A stretch of 64,000 nucleotides of DNA, taken from NCBI GenBank assembly GCA_015490675.1, contig WFXI01000320.1:25640-89639 (forward strand). Reading direction: 5' to 3'. The stretch comes from Hydrogenothermaceae bacterium. Lineage in GTDB: Bacteria; Aquificota; Aquificia; Aquificales; Hydrogenothermaceae. Each line of letters begins with the position of its first letter. Position 1 is the stretch's first letter. This document shows, piece after piece, positions 1 through 8,764 of the stretch. The notes under the pieces are model-generated. The model was not told where the DNA came from. It ran no database searches and was given only the letters and a program-made list of their open reading frames with translations. The translations under genes and the position numbers were made by a program.

Positions 1-74
1 GCAAAATAACTTTTTCAGCTGCATAAATACATAAAACAAGGGGCTTGATGCCCCTTTATGAAAAGGAGAAAAAA

Positions 75-404
75 ATGAAAAAATTAAATTTAAACAAAAT
101 AATAAAAGCATCTTCCCAAAAACCAAAATCAACTATAAAAGTAGATTTAGAATCAAATTTTCCAATTCCTTTAAAATCAACTGTTTTTCTGGATAAAAAG
201 AACAACAAAAGAATAACAATAATTTGCAAAGAAACTAATCCATTTACATTAAAAATCTTCGCTAAAGCCGTTTTTCTAATGTATAGAAAAAAATTTTTGT
301 TAACTCCTAATAAAATTACATTTTTAACTCCAGAAGGTAAAAAAACTTACAAAAACAGAGAAATAGAACTAGTTACTTTAGATCCTTTATTTAAATTCAT
401 TTAA
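75..404 (+). CDS. Hypothetical basic protein
   Basis: ORF; AGGAG SD at 64-68 favours ATG 75 over 45; hairpin AAGGGGC/GCCCCTT at 38-56 upstream. Confidence 0.6.
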   Translation: MKKLNLNKIIKASSQKPKSTIKVDLESNFPIPLKSTVFLDKKNNKRITIICKETNPFTLKIFAKAVFLMYRKKFLLTPNKITFLTPEGKKTYKNREIELVTLDPLFKFI

Positions 405-410
405 TAAAAT

Positions 411-971
411 TTAATGTACTTTTCTTATATCCTCTTCAAACAAAGTTAGTAAATCTATAAGCCTATCTTCTTTTTTATATAAAATCTCCGCATCTATTAA
501 AATTTGATGGACCCTTTCTTCTATAACAAGCATACTTCCACTTATATCTTCTATTAAAAAAGGTATATACGGGTTTATTTGAGTATAAGGAGTTATAAGT
601 TCTAAATATGCTCTGGTTTTTACCATCATATCTTCCTGTTGCTTTCCTAAAGCTTTAGGTTCCCTTAATAAAAATAAATAAAGTTTCCTATTGTCTTTTT
701 CCCCTATTAAATAAACTTTTACATTTTTTCTTATAAAGTTGGTATCTTTTAAAAACGGAAATTTATTAAAAGGTACTATCTTATTTTTATCTTCATCTAT
801 AATCCTAAAATCATAGACTATTTCTCCATTATTAATGTTAAAAACAACTGAGTTTTCTTCTGGATCTTCATAAATTTCTTCACTTACTACTAAATTCTTA
901 AAGGGTCCTCTTGGATATTCTTTTTTTAATAAATTAACTGAATTTAAATTTTTGCTATATCTTTGCCTCAT
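411..971 (-). CDS. Hypothetical protein
   Basis: 186-aa ORF with AGGAG SD upstream; no recognised motif. Confidence 0.6.
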   Translation of the reverse strand: MRQRYSKNLNSVNLLKKEYPRGPFKNLVVSEEIYEDPEENSVVFNINNGEIVYDFRIIDEDKNKIVPFNKFPFLKDTNFIRKNVKVYLIGEKDNRKLYLFLLREPKALGKQQEDMMVKTRAYLELITPYTQINPYIPFLIEDISGSMLVIEERVHQILIDAEILYKKEDRLIDLLTLFEEDIRKVH

Positions 972-1088
972 AATATTCTCCTAATGATTTTTCATAAATT
1001 TTTTAGTAAATATTTTATCTGAAAATCTAATATATCATCGCCTCTTACTCTCATTATAGATATCAACAAAAAAAAATCCAGCAGTTTA

Positions 1089-1160
1089 AAAAGTAAAAAA
1101 TAAAAAAGTTAAAAAAATGAAAGGGCTTTCAAGCCCTTCAGAAAAAAATACAGGAGGAAA
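1089..1160 (+). promoter_or_regulatory. Leader cassette copy 1
   Basis: AAAAGTA (1089) and AAAAGTT (1104), TGAA (1118), hairpin AAGGGCTT/AAGCCCTT, A-tract, AGGAGG. Confidence 0.6.
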
Positions 1161-1165
1161 TAAAC

Positions 1166-1273
1166 ATGGAAGATATAAAAATTATATTAGAAATAATAGC
1201 CACTATTTTATCAATATTTCTAGCAGCTATTGAAATAGCAAAAGCATTAGCAAAAAATGATAAGCCCCCTTGA
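1166..1273 (+). CDS. 35-aa hydrophobic micropeptide (MEDIKIILEIIATILSIFLAAIEIAKALAKNDKPP)
   Basis: Translated by hand; AGGAGG SD; one TM-like stretch. Confidence 0.6.
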   Translation: MEDIKIILEIIATILSIFLAAIEIAKALAKNDKPP

Positions 1274-1332
1274 TAAAAATAGATAAGTAATACTTGTAAC
1301 AAAATTTCTATAAAACGGGAGGAGAATTAGAA

Positions 1333-1518
1333 ATGAAAAGGTTTACAATAATATGGCTTTTGGTAGTTTCAATAATAATAGAAATGGCTTTGCTTATTAC
1401 ATTATTCGAAATAGTAAAAATAACTGATGCAAGTCTTATAAAAGAATTTATCTTTGCACTTGGCTTTTCTTTATTATGCAACCTATCCCAGATATTAAAG
1501 TTTATTTCTAATAATTAA
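1333..1518 (+). CDS. Small two-TM membrane protein
   Basis: 61-aa hydrophobic ORF; GGGAGGAG SD. Confidence 0.6.
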   Translation: MKRFTIIWLLVVSIIIEMALLITLFEIVKITDASLIKEFIFALGFSLLCNLSQILKFISNN

Positions 1519-1530
1519 AAGGAGAAAAAA

Positions 1531-1704
1531 ATGAAAAAGAAAAATTTGAAAAAAATAAAAGAAAAGCTTGAAAAATACAACCCAAGAGTAGAAGTTGCTA
1601 AAAGCATTGGATTTAACATGCTAAAAGATAAAAGGACAAAAATTATCCCTGATAAAACTAAATACAGCAAAAAAGATAGGAAGAAAAATAAAATGAAATT
1701 TTAA
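1531..1704 (+). CDS. 57-aa very basic protein, possibly ArfA/BrfA-like ribosome rescue factor
   Basis: Translated by hand: MKKKNLKKIKEKLEKYNPRVEVAKSIGFNMLKDKRTKIIPDKTKYSKKDRKKNKMKF; AGGAG SD; family assignment is an impression only. Confidence 0.45.
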   Translation: MKKKNLKKIKEKLEKYNPRVEVAKSIGFNMLKDKRTKIIPDKTKYSKKDRKKNKMKF

Positions 1705-1752
1705 CGCCCCCTCGCAAGATTCAGGGACATCTTTTTTTCAAATTTTCCGTTC

Positions 1753-1864
1753 TACCGTGCTGACCTCCGAGAAAAGGTTTAAAAGTTTTAGAAATTAAAA
1801 GTTTAAATTTTTGAGAGCGGCTTTCGCCGCTCCAGTTAAAAAATAAAGGAGGATAAGCATGGTA
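1753..1864 (+). promoter_or_regulatory. Leader cassette copy 2 with anti-SD
   Basis: AAAAGTT at 1781 and 1797, TGAG 1812, hairpin GAGCGGC/GCCGCTC; 1753-1768 complementary to SD+AUG at 1848-1864. Confidence 0.75.
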
Positions 1865-3585
1865 AACATCGAAAGATTTTTACAAGAAAAACAGACGGTA
1901 GAAAAAATTCTAGAAGAATTAGGTAAACTTTGTAATTTACCTAATTATGGAATGCTAGCAGGCGGTAGCGTAGCTAATACTATACTTTCGATGATAGACA
2001 AGAAGAAATACCCTATCAATGACATTGATATTTTCTGCGATAATCTTGAAAAAGCATTTTCAAATGACTTTATAAAACAGTGCAAAAGCAATAACATAAA
2101 CGTAACAAGAGAAACAGGAATATTTGCTTTTGGACACAGTCACTACCACGAAATTAGATTAGAACCAGGATACGGATATGCTATAAAAAAGTATTGGAAA
2201 ATGGCCTTATAAACATTATAGAAATTGACCCTTATTACTCTATTACTGAAGATAAAGATAAAAAATGTCAAAGTATTATTAATTCCTTTGACATCAATCA
2301 GACCCAAGTATGCATAGATTTAGAAACTAAAAAACTATACTATACACAGGAATTTATAGAATTCCTTAAAACAAGACAGTTAAAAATAGTTTTCCATTCA
2401 ACGCCTCTTCAAAGTTTTATAAGAATCCTCAAGAAAAAAGAAGAACTTAATGCTTTTGTAGATTTAGAAAGAGAACTTGAAAAAGTAAGAATATTACTCA
2501 CTTACTCAATTTTGAATGATGATAATGGAATAAACAGAAGAATTAATAAAAATACTAAAGTATTTAAAGCATATAAGGAAAGATACAAAAACATCATAGA
2601 TAAACATTTTGAATTAAAATCTTCAATAGATAATTCCGAGTCGTTTGAAATATATCCAAAAAGATTAAACAACTTTAATAAAATTACAGAAATACCACCT
2701 GTATATTTACCAAATTTAACACCAATCTTAAATAAAATACTTTACGGAAATAAATCTGAGAGCGAATTTATAGGAAACATTTTGATAACTGAATATCTTA
2801 AATACACAATAATTACAAACCCTGCCGAAAACATACAAAAGCATATAAATGTAAATAAAATACTTGAAATAGATAGAATATTAAACAATTTCTTCTATGA
2901 TGTTAACTTTAGCAAAAACATTATAGCTACCCTCTGTATAAACTATAACTTCTCAATTTACAACATAATAGAAATTACAGAAGAGATTAAAAAAGCACAA
3001 AAAGAATATTTATCAGCCTTATATAAAAATGTTAAAGAAAATGTTATCACTTATTTAAAAGACATTATGGAAAATAACATAAAAGAAAATCCTGACATTA
3101 TTAAAAGAAATTTGCTAAATATTATTAAAAACCAAGAAATTGAAGATACACAGATAAAACAGCCTGAAGATTTAAAAGATTTTCCTTTTAAAAACTATGT
3201 TAAGGAAATCACTTCCAGTTTTCAGCTTAATAAAACTGCTAATGAATTTAGAAATTGCTTAAACTCATACTATAACACAATTAAAGAGAGAAAAAGTCTA
3301 ATATTTGTAATTGAAACCGAAGAAGAAAAAACAATTGCAGAAATCAAAGTTAATTGTGCAAAAATTTCAGACTCTAAGTTTGAAACTTATTCCCTATATC
3401 AACATAAAGGTAAAAATAATAGACAGCCTGAAAGTAAGAAAAATGAATTTATTCTCTTCCTGCTTTGTGCATATCTAAATGAAAAAGAGTATAAAAACAT
3501 CATAAATAATATAGACATTAACAACACAAAAAACATACAAATAGAAAATCAGGATTCAGAAAATAACCCCCTTGTGCCTTTTTAA
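1859..3585 (+). CDS. Nucleotidyltransferase-fold protein with C-terminal PcfJ-like domain, split by a -1 frameshift at about 2185-2191
   Basis: LAGGSVA...NDIDIF NTase motif in ORF 1859-2212; INSFDINQTQV in ORF 2194-3585; C-terminal EFRNCLNSY...YQHKGKNN resembles PcfJ; frames joined at A_AAA_AAG. Confidence 0.55.
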
Positions 3586-3586
3586 A

Positions 3587-3640
3587 AAAAGTTAAATTTT
3601 TGAGAGGACATAAATGCCCTCCAGTAAAAAAGGAGGAGGA
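3587..3640 (+). promoter_or_regulatory. Leader cassette copy 3 (single box)
   Basis: AAAAGTT 3587, TGAG 3601, hairpin GAGGACAT/ATGCCCTC, CAGTAAAAAA, AGGAGGAGG. Confidence 0.6.
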
Positions 3641-3762
3641 AAAATGTTTTAAAGAGAGTTAAAGAGTTTTCAGAACCCGAAGCTTTTGAAGGAGCAAAAA
3701 TAGCAGATGAGGATTTAAAAAGATTAAACGACATCAATTTTCAAAAAAAAGAGGTAAATACC

Positions 3763-4191
3763 ATGGAACACAAAAACTTGATCTCAAAATTATTTTCTCA
3801 TTTGAACTACGTCAGACACAAGGAATACCCAACAACTAGTCTATCCAAAAGCATACACGCCTTTATTTTAATAAAAGACGAATTAATAAAAGACGAATCA
3901 AAAACTTATAGAAGTTTTAATATCCTAAAATACAAAGGCAAAATAGTAGTGATCCATTATAAAAATGGAAATAAAAAATCCCACCGCCTGTACTTAGAAG
4001 CAAAAGAATATCTCAATAAGAATAAGATACCTTTTGAGGAAATAACTATCCTTTCCCCTCTAAGTCTTGTAGAAAAAATCTACGAACAGACTTATTCAAA
4101 ATCTGGAGTAGTTGAAAAACCTATTCTTCCCAAAAAAGACACTTTAGACATCTTTATGCAAATATACGGCTTTGCAAATAAAAAAAGTTAA
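3763..4191 (+). CDS. Hypothetical protein
   Basis: 142-aa ORF; GAGGT SD; frame stays open upstream to about 3649. Confidence 0.6.
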   Translation: MEHKNLISKLFSHLNYVRHKEYPTTSLSKSIHAFILIKDELIKDESKTYRSFNILKYKGKIVVIHYKNGNKKSHRLYLEAKEYLNKNKIPFEEITILSPLSLVEKIYEQTYSKSGVVEKPILPKKDTLDIFMQIYGFANKKS

Positions 4192-4202
4192 GGAGGAAAA
4201 AG

Positions 4203-4619
4203 ATGATAAGAATTTATTTTGATGGAGCTGCATCAAATAACCAATCTGAAAATAGAATTGCAGGAATAGGAGTAGTGGTGGAAAAGGAAAATGAAAGCGG
4301 TATTTATGAAAAAGTTTATGAGTTTTATAAAAATATAGGAAATAAAACTAATAACGAAGCTGAATGGCTTGCACTTATAAAGGCACTAAAACTGGTAAAG
4401 AAAACACAACATAAATACAAAAAATTTGAAATATTAGGAGATTCCAATCTTGTAGTTAACCAATTTAATGGAGATTGGAAAATTAAAGATGAAAAATTAA
4501 AAAACTTATACCTAATTGCTAAAAACCTATCTGATGATATAAATGCTGAAATTGAAGTTAAATGGATAAAAAGAGAAAAAAATAAAGCAGATAAATTAGC
4601 AAAAAAAGCAGCTAAATAA
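4203..4619 (+). CDS. rnhA: Ribonuclease HI family protein
   Basis: YFDGAA, TNNEAEW, GDSNLVVNQ and REKNKADKLA carry the D-E-D-D catalytic set. Confidence 0.9.
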   Translation: MIRIYFDGAASNNQSENRIAGIGVVVEKENESGIYEKVYEFYKNIGNKTNNEAEWLALIKALKLVKKTQHKYKKFEILGDSNLVVNQFNGDWKIKDEKLKNLYLIAKNLSDDINAEIEVKWIKREKNKADKLAKKAAK

Positions 4620-4626
4620 ACTTTTT

Positions 4627-5130
4627 TTATTTAATATATCTACTTAAATAATCCACCATATTCTTCCACCCACACACCACTGTAAAACTATCAAAATGCT
4701 TTACACTCCCTTTTGCATTAGGTAGCCAGATTATTAGATTGTTTGCATATTTTTTTTGTCTTTCAAAACTTCTTAAGTTTTGAGCGGTGAATATTCTTTT
4801 GTCTATCTTTCTGTAAGCCTTTACATCAACTGCTATCCCTAAATCTTTTACATAAATATCTATGTCCCCACCATCTCTTAGCTTCTTTCTAAACTCTAAC
4901 TTATAAGGAACTTGATTTTTTAAATATTTATAAGCTTTTTTCTCTAAAGATAATCCATACTTCCTTTTTGATAAATTCTTTTTTGCTAAAACAAATCCAA
5001 GAACTGAAAATCCTATTAAAAATATGCTTCCTAAATAATATCCCTCTTTTAATCCATACAGCCCAAATAGAAGTAAAATTGCTACTCCTAAATAAGTTAG
5101 AAAAACTTCTTTTATAAACCAAAACGGCAT
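4627..5130 (-). CDS. Membrane-anchored NERD/PD-(D/E)xK nuclease-like protein
   Basis: Two N-terminal TM stretches, then GxxxE, GGDIDIYV and VDVKAY. Confidence 0.6.
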   Translation of the reverse strand: MPFWFIKEVFLTYLGVAILLLFGLYGLKEGYYLGSIFLIGFSVLGFVLAKKNLSKRKYGLSLEKKAYKYLKNQVPYKLEFRKKLRDGGDIDIYVKDLGIAVDVKAYRKIDKRIFTAQNLRSFERQKKYANNLIIWLPNAKGSVKHFDSFTVVCGWKNMVDYLSRYIK

Positions 5131-5230
5131 TACCTTCCCCTTAGTTTTTACTATTTGCCTTTTATTGCTTTTATTGTAATTAACTTTTTTTGATAGTCAA
5201 TTTCATTTAGACCATAAACCCAACAGCTGA

Positions 5231-5330
5231 CCTCCAAAAAATTACTCTACATAAAAAAGTAAAAAAATAAAAAGTTAAGTTTGTGAGAGAGCTATAGCTC
5301 TCCAGTAAGAAAAATTTGGAGGAAAAAATG
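5231..5330 (+). promoter_or_regulatory. Leader cassette copy 4 with anti-SD
   Basis: AAAAGT 5255, AAAAGTT 5270, TGAG 5284, hairpin GAGAGC/GCTCTC; CCTCCAAA 5231-5238 pairs with TTTGGAGG 5315-5322. Confidence 0.7.
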
Positions 5331-6296
5331 AGTAAAAAAGAAATATTATTAAAGATAGAAAAAATATTAAATGAAAAAATCTTCCTTGTAGGAGGCGCAG
5401 TAAGAGACCTTCTACTTGGAAGAAAACCAAATGACATAGATATAGTATCTTCTGTTGTTCCTGAGGATGCTATAAGTAGGTTAGAAAAGCATTTCAAAGT
5501 AGTCCCTACAGGAATAGACCACGGAACTATCACAATTATAGACATAGAATCTGGTTTTTCTGTCGAACATACTACTTTTAGAAAGGATATAAAAACAAAT
5601 GGAAGAAAAGCTATAGTTAAGTTTACAGATGACATTGTAGAAGATTTAAAAAGAAGAGATTTCACAATAAACTCAATGGCTCTTTCTCTAGACGGAAAAT
5701 TAATAGATCCTTTTGGCGGTAGAAAAGATATTGCTAACAAGATAATAAGAACTACTGGAAATCCTGAAGAAAGATTTAAAGAAGACTATTTAAGAATATT
5801 AAGAGGTTGCAGGTTTTCCGTTAAATATGGATTTGATATAGATGAAAATACCAAAATCGCTATGAAAAGACTTTCTCACAAAGTTGAAGATAATATACCA
5901 CCTGAAAGAATTAGAAGTGAGTTTCTAAAATCTAATAATGCATTCTTCGCAGGTTGGATGAGTGTTCTTAGAATATGGAAAGACATTTCTAAAAATTGGT
6001 TTTACATTAAAAAACCTGAAAATCTCCTTGTTGAACTTGCAATCCATAGTGACGAAAAGGATTTAGATAAATACAGATTTACTAAAAAGGAAAAGAAACT
6101 GACAAGTCTTTTCAAACATGCAGTAAATGGAAACTGGAAAGCTATCTACTCTGCAAGAAATCAACCTGACTTGATTTCAAGCCTTAAAAAACTTCTTAAA
6201 AAATACTCTGATATAGACATAAAAAAAGTTGATGAAGCAGTTAGCATTAAACCAGAATCTAAAGACTCTTTAGTAAATGCTTTAAACAATCTTTAA
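5328..6296 (+). CDS. cca: Class II tRNA nucleotidyltransferase (CCA-adding/poly(A) polymerase family), short form
   Basis: LVGGAVRDLLLG..PNDIDI, DLKRRDFTINSMA, DPFGG, RFKEDYLRILR; start reassigned to ATG 5328 after GGAGG. Confidence 0.85.
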   Translation: MSKKEILLKIEKILNEKIFLVGGAVRDLLLGRKPNDIDIVSSVVPEDAISRLEKHFKVVPTGIDHGTITIIDIESGFSVEHTTFRKDIKTNGRKAIVKFTDDIVEDLKRRDFTINSMALSLDGKLIDPFGGRKDIANKIIRTTGNPEERFKEDYLRILRGCRFSVKYGFDIDENTKIAMKRLSHKVEDNIPPERIRSEFLKSNNAFFAGWMSVLRIWKDISKNWFYIKKPENLLVELAIHSDEKDLDKYRFTKKEKKLTSLFKHAVNGNWKAIYSARNQPDLISSLKKLLKKYSDIDIKKVDEAVSIKPESKDSLVNALNNL

Positions 6297-6309
6297 AAGG
6301 AGGAGTAAA

Positions 6310-6387
6310 GTGCTTCTTTTAAAAATTAAAGCAATTCTTATCATCTTTACAATTATGGGAATGATAGCAGCATTTTTTAACATCTAA
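6310..6387 (+). CDS. 25-aa hydrophobic micropeptide (MLLLKIKAILIIFTIMGMIAAFFNI)
   Basis: GTG start after AGGAGGAG; translated by hand. Confidence 0.45.
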   Translation: MLLLKIKAILIIFTIMGMIAAFFNI

Positions 6388-6431
6388 TCATCTAGAAAAA
6401 ATAAACCTATTTTGTTTCTTTGCAAATTTTA

Positions 6432-6542
6432 CATCTTTCTCTACCAACCTCCTATGGTTTTTAAAAGTTAAAAAATTAAAAGTTTTTATTTGTGAGGGGA
6501 CTTCGTCCCCAAATTTTAAAAATAGGAGGAAGAGAAAGAATG
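6432..6542 (+). promoter_or_regulatory. Leader cassette copy 5 with anti-SD
   Basis: AAAAGTT 6463 and 6478, TGAG 6493, hairpin GGGGAC/GTCCCC; TCTTTCTCT and CCTCCTAT (6434-6455) pair with ATAGGAGG and AGAGAAAGA (6522-6539). Confidence 0.75.
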
Positions 6543-8444
6543 ATAAAAAAAGAAATACAAAAAGAAATAGAAAAAATATTAGAAAATAAAATAGAAGTTC
6601 CTTTCTTTAGAGAGGGGAACTTCGTTAAATTTAAAATGCCTGCGGGGATGGAAAGACCACAGGTTTTTATTAATGGCATACCATTTAGGTATAAAAGCCT
6701 CAATGGTATGTGCTACATTGAGGTTGAAGAGGGACTTCTGCCTAAAAAAGTGGAAGTCTCTGAAAACATAGAAATCTGGAGAATTTTAGAGGAGTTTTCT
6801 CCTGAAGGCTCTCCAGAGGAAATACTTAAAAAAGAAAAAATTGAAGATACAGTTCCAAGCTGTGTCCTTGAAGATAAATATCAAGTAGAGGCAGTAAAAA
6901 CTGCCTATCAAAACAACTTCTCATTAATCTTTGGCCCTCCAGGAAGCGGGAAGACTACGGTTATTTCAGAAATTCTCAAAACAATTCAAGATGAAGGAAG
7001 AATTGCTATTGTGTCCTTATCTAATCTTGCAGTTGATAATGTTTTAGACAGGTTGCCTGAAGAATTTAGGGAATTCACTGTTAGGGTTGGAAATCCATCT
7101 CTTGATACTGCCAAAGAAATGTCTCTTTCTAAACAGGTAAAAGAAGAAAGAAAAGAGTTAAGAAAGAAATACCTGAAAACGCTTGCATACGAAATTGCAA
7201 GCTCAAAACTGGATTATTTTGTTGACCTTATCAAAGAAAAAGAAATAGAAATAAAAACTATAGAAGAAGAAATAAAATCTCTAACTTCCTCTGAAACTGA
7301 CTATAAGGTTAAAGAGGAAGAAGAGAAATTAAGAAGATATGAAGTTCAAAAACAACTTCTTGAGAAAGAACTAAACAGCCTTTCTTTTATAAACTTTAAA
7401 AAGAAAAAGAAACTTCAAGCTGAAATAGAGAAAAAAGAAATTGAAATTGAAAATCAAAAAAAGTATTTAACTCTTCTTGTAGAAAAGTCCAATCTTGAAA
7501 AGGAAAGGTTCAAGGAAACTAAAGAAGAAATGTATAAAATTCTTATAGATAGAAAAGTAGCTGTAAATAATGAACTTTCAAAAGTAAAAGCTAAATATGA
7601 AAAATACAAGGCTAAAGCAGAAAAATACAAAACTGATGATACTGCTGAAATACTCAAAGAAAAGATGGATAACTTAAGAGAAATAGAAAGGTCCTTAGTT
7701 TATAAAGCAAAAATAATTGGAACTACTCTCCATACATTCTTTTTCAGATTTAGAAGATTTTACTTTGATACTATCATCGTTGACGAGGTATCGCAGGTTC
7801 CTTATCCATTCATCACAGTTCTCAGAAACTTCTGCAAAAGGCTTGTTCTTCTTGGAGACCCTCATCAGCTTTCTCCTGTAACTAAATCTGGTATTCCAAG
7901 CATATTTGGATTCATAAAGCCTGATGTTGTTCTTAGAAATGTTAGAAGGTATCCATCTGAAATTGGAAGAATAGTTAACACACTTTCCGGAGAAAAGCTA
8001 AATTGCGTAAAAACAGGTGGAAGTGTTGAATGGATTGATGTAAAAGGACAGGTTAAAAGAGAAAAAGGAAAAATTTATAACCCATCACATATAAAAGAAA
8101 TAAAAAAATTGGTTGAAAAAGATAAAGACAAAGACATAGCAGTAGTAACTCCTTATAGATACCAGGCTTACCTGCTTAGAAAGAAAGGAATTGAATCTGG
8201 AACTATTCACTCATTTCAAGGTCAGGAAAGAGATGAAATCATAATAGATTTGACTGATGCAGATTCAAAATTTATAAACAAGAACATGCTAATAGTTGCA
8301 CTATCAAGAGCTAAAGAAAAAGTGGTAATAATTGGAGATTTAGAAAAGGCTTTAAACAGTAAAAATAAAGTTGTAAGAGAATTTGCAACTCTTTACAAAA
8401 AGGAGTTCATAGATAAAAAACCCAAATTAAAGGTTGTTTCTTAA
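6540..8444 (+). CDS. Superfamily 1 helicase (UPF1/DNA2-like, AAA_11/AAA_12) with coiled-coil insertion
   Basis: IFGPPGSGKT, SNLAVDN, IIVDEVSQ, GDPHQLSP, VTPY, TIHSFQGQERD, VALSRAK; start reassigned to ATG 6540. Confidence 0.88.
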   Translation: MIKKEIQKEIEKILENKIEVPFFREGNFVKFKMPAGMERPQVFINGIPFRYKSLNGMCYIEVEEGLLPKKVEVSENIEIWRILEEFSPEGSPEEILKKEKIEDTVPSCVLEDKYQVEAVKTAYQNNFSLIFGPPGSGKTTVISEILKTIQDEGRIAIVSLSNLAVDNVLDRLPEEFREFTVRVGNPSLDTAKEMSLSKQVKEERKELRKKYLKTLAYEIASSKLDYFVDLIKEKEIEIKTIEEEIKSLTSSETDYKVKEEEEKLRRYEVQKQLLEKELNSLSFINFKKKKKLQAEIEKKEIEIENQKKYLTLLVEKSNLEKERFKETKEEMYKILIDRKVAVNNELSKVKAKYEKYKAKAEKYKTDDTAEILKEKMDNLREIERSLVYKAKIIGTTLHTFFFRFRRFYFDTIIVDEVSQVPYPFITVLRNFCKRLVLLGDPHQLSPVTKSGIPSIFGFIKPDVVLRNVRRYPSEIGRIVNTLSGEKLNCVKTGGSVEWIDVKGQVKREKGKIYNPSHIKEIKKLVEKDKDKDIAVVTPYRYQAYLLRKKGIESGTIHSFQGQERDEIIIDLTDADSKFINKNMLIVALSRAKEKVVIIGDLEKALNSKNKVVREFATLYKKEFIDKKPKLKVVS

Positions 8445-8512
8445 ACCCCCCTCGCAAGAGTTAAAGACATCTTTACTTTCAACTTCAATTTTTCTCTGCT
8501 GACATCGTTTTT

Positions 8513-8590
8513 AAAAGTTTAGAAATAAAAAGTTTTGATTAGTGAGAAGGCTTAAAAGCCTTCAAGTAAAAAAATAAAAGGAGGAAAAAA
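8513..8590 (+). promoter_or_regulatory. Leader cassette copy 6
   Basis: AAAAGTT 8513 and 8528, TGAG 8543, hairpin GAAGGCTT/AAGCCTTC, AGGAGG. Confidence 0.7.
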
Positions 8591-8733
8591 TGAAAAAAAT
8601 AATAGTTTTTATAATAGCAATTTTGTCTTTTTACCTTTCAATTGGAAAGGATATAGTTGATAATCTATCAAAAATTTCTAACAATCACAACACCCAAATC
8701 CAAGAAGTAGCAGTCCAAATATTTGATTATTAA
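8590..8733 (+). CDS. 47-aa peptide with N-terminal signal/TM segment
   Basis: MKKIIVFIIAILSFYLSIGKDIVDNLSKISNNHNTQIQEVAVQIFDY, translated by hand; strong SD. Confidence 0.6.
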   Translation: MKKIIVFIIAILSFYLSIGKDIVDNLSKISNNHNTQIQEVAVQIFDY

Positions 8734-8764
8734 AAAAATTAAGGAAATAAAAAGTTTTGATTAG

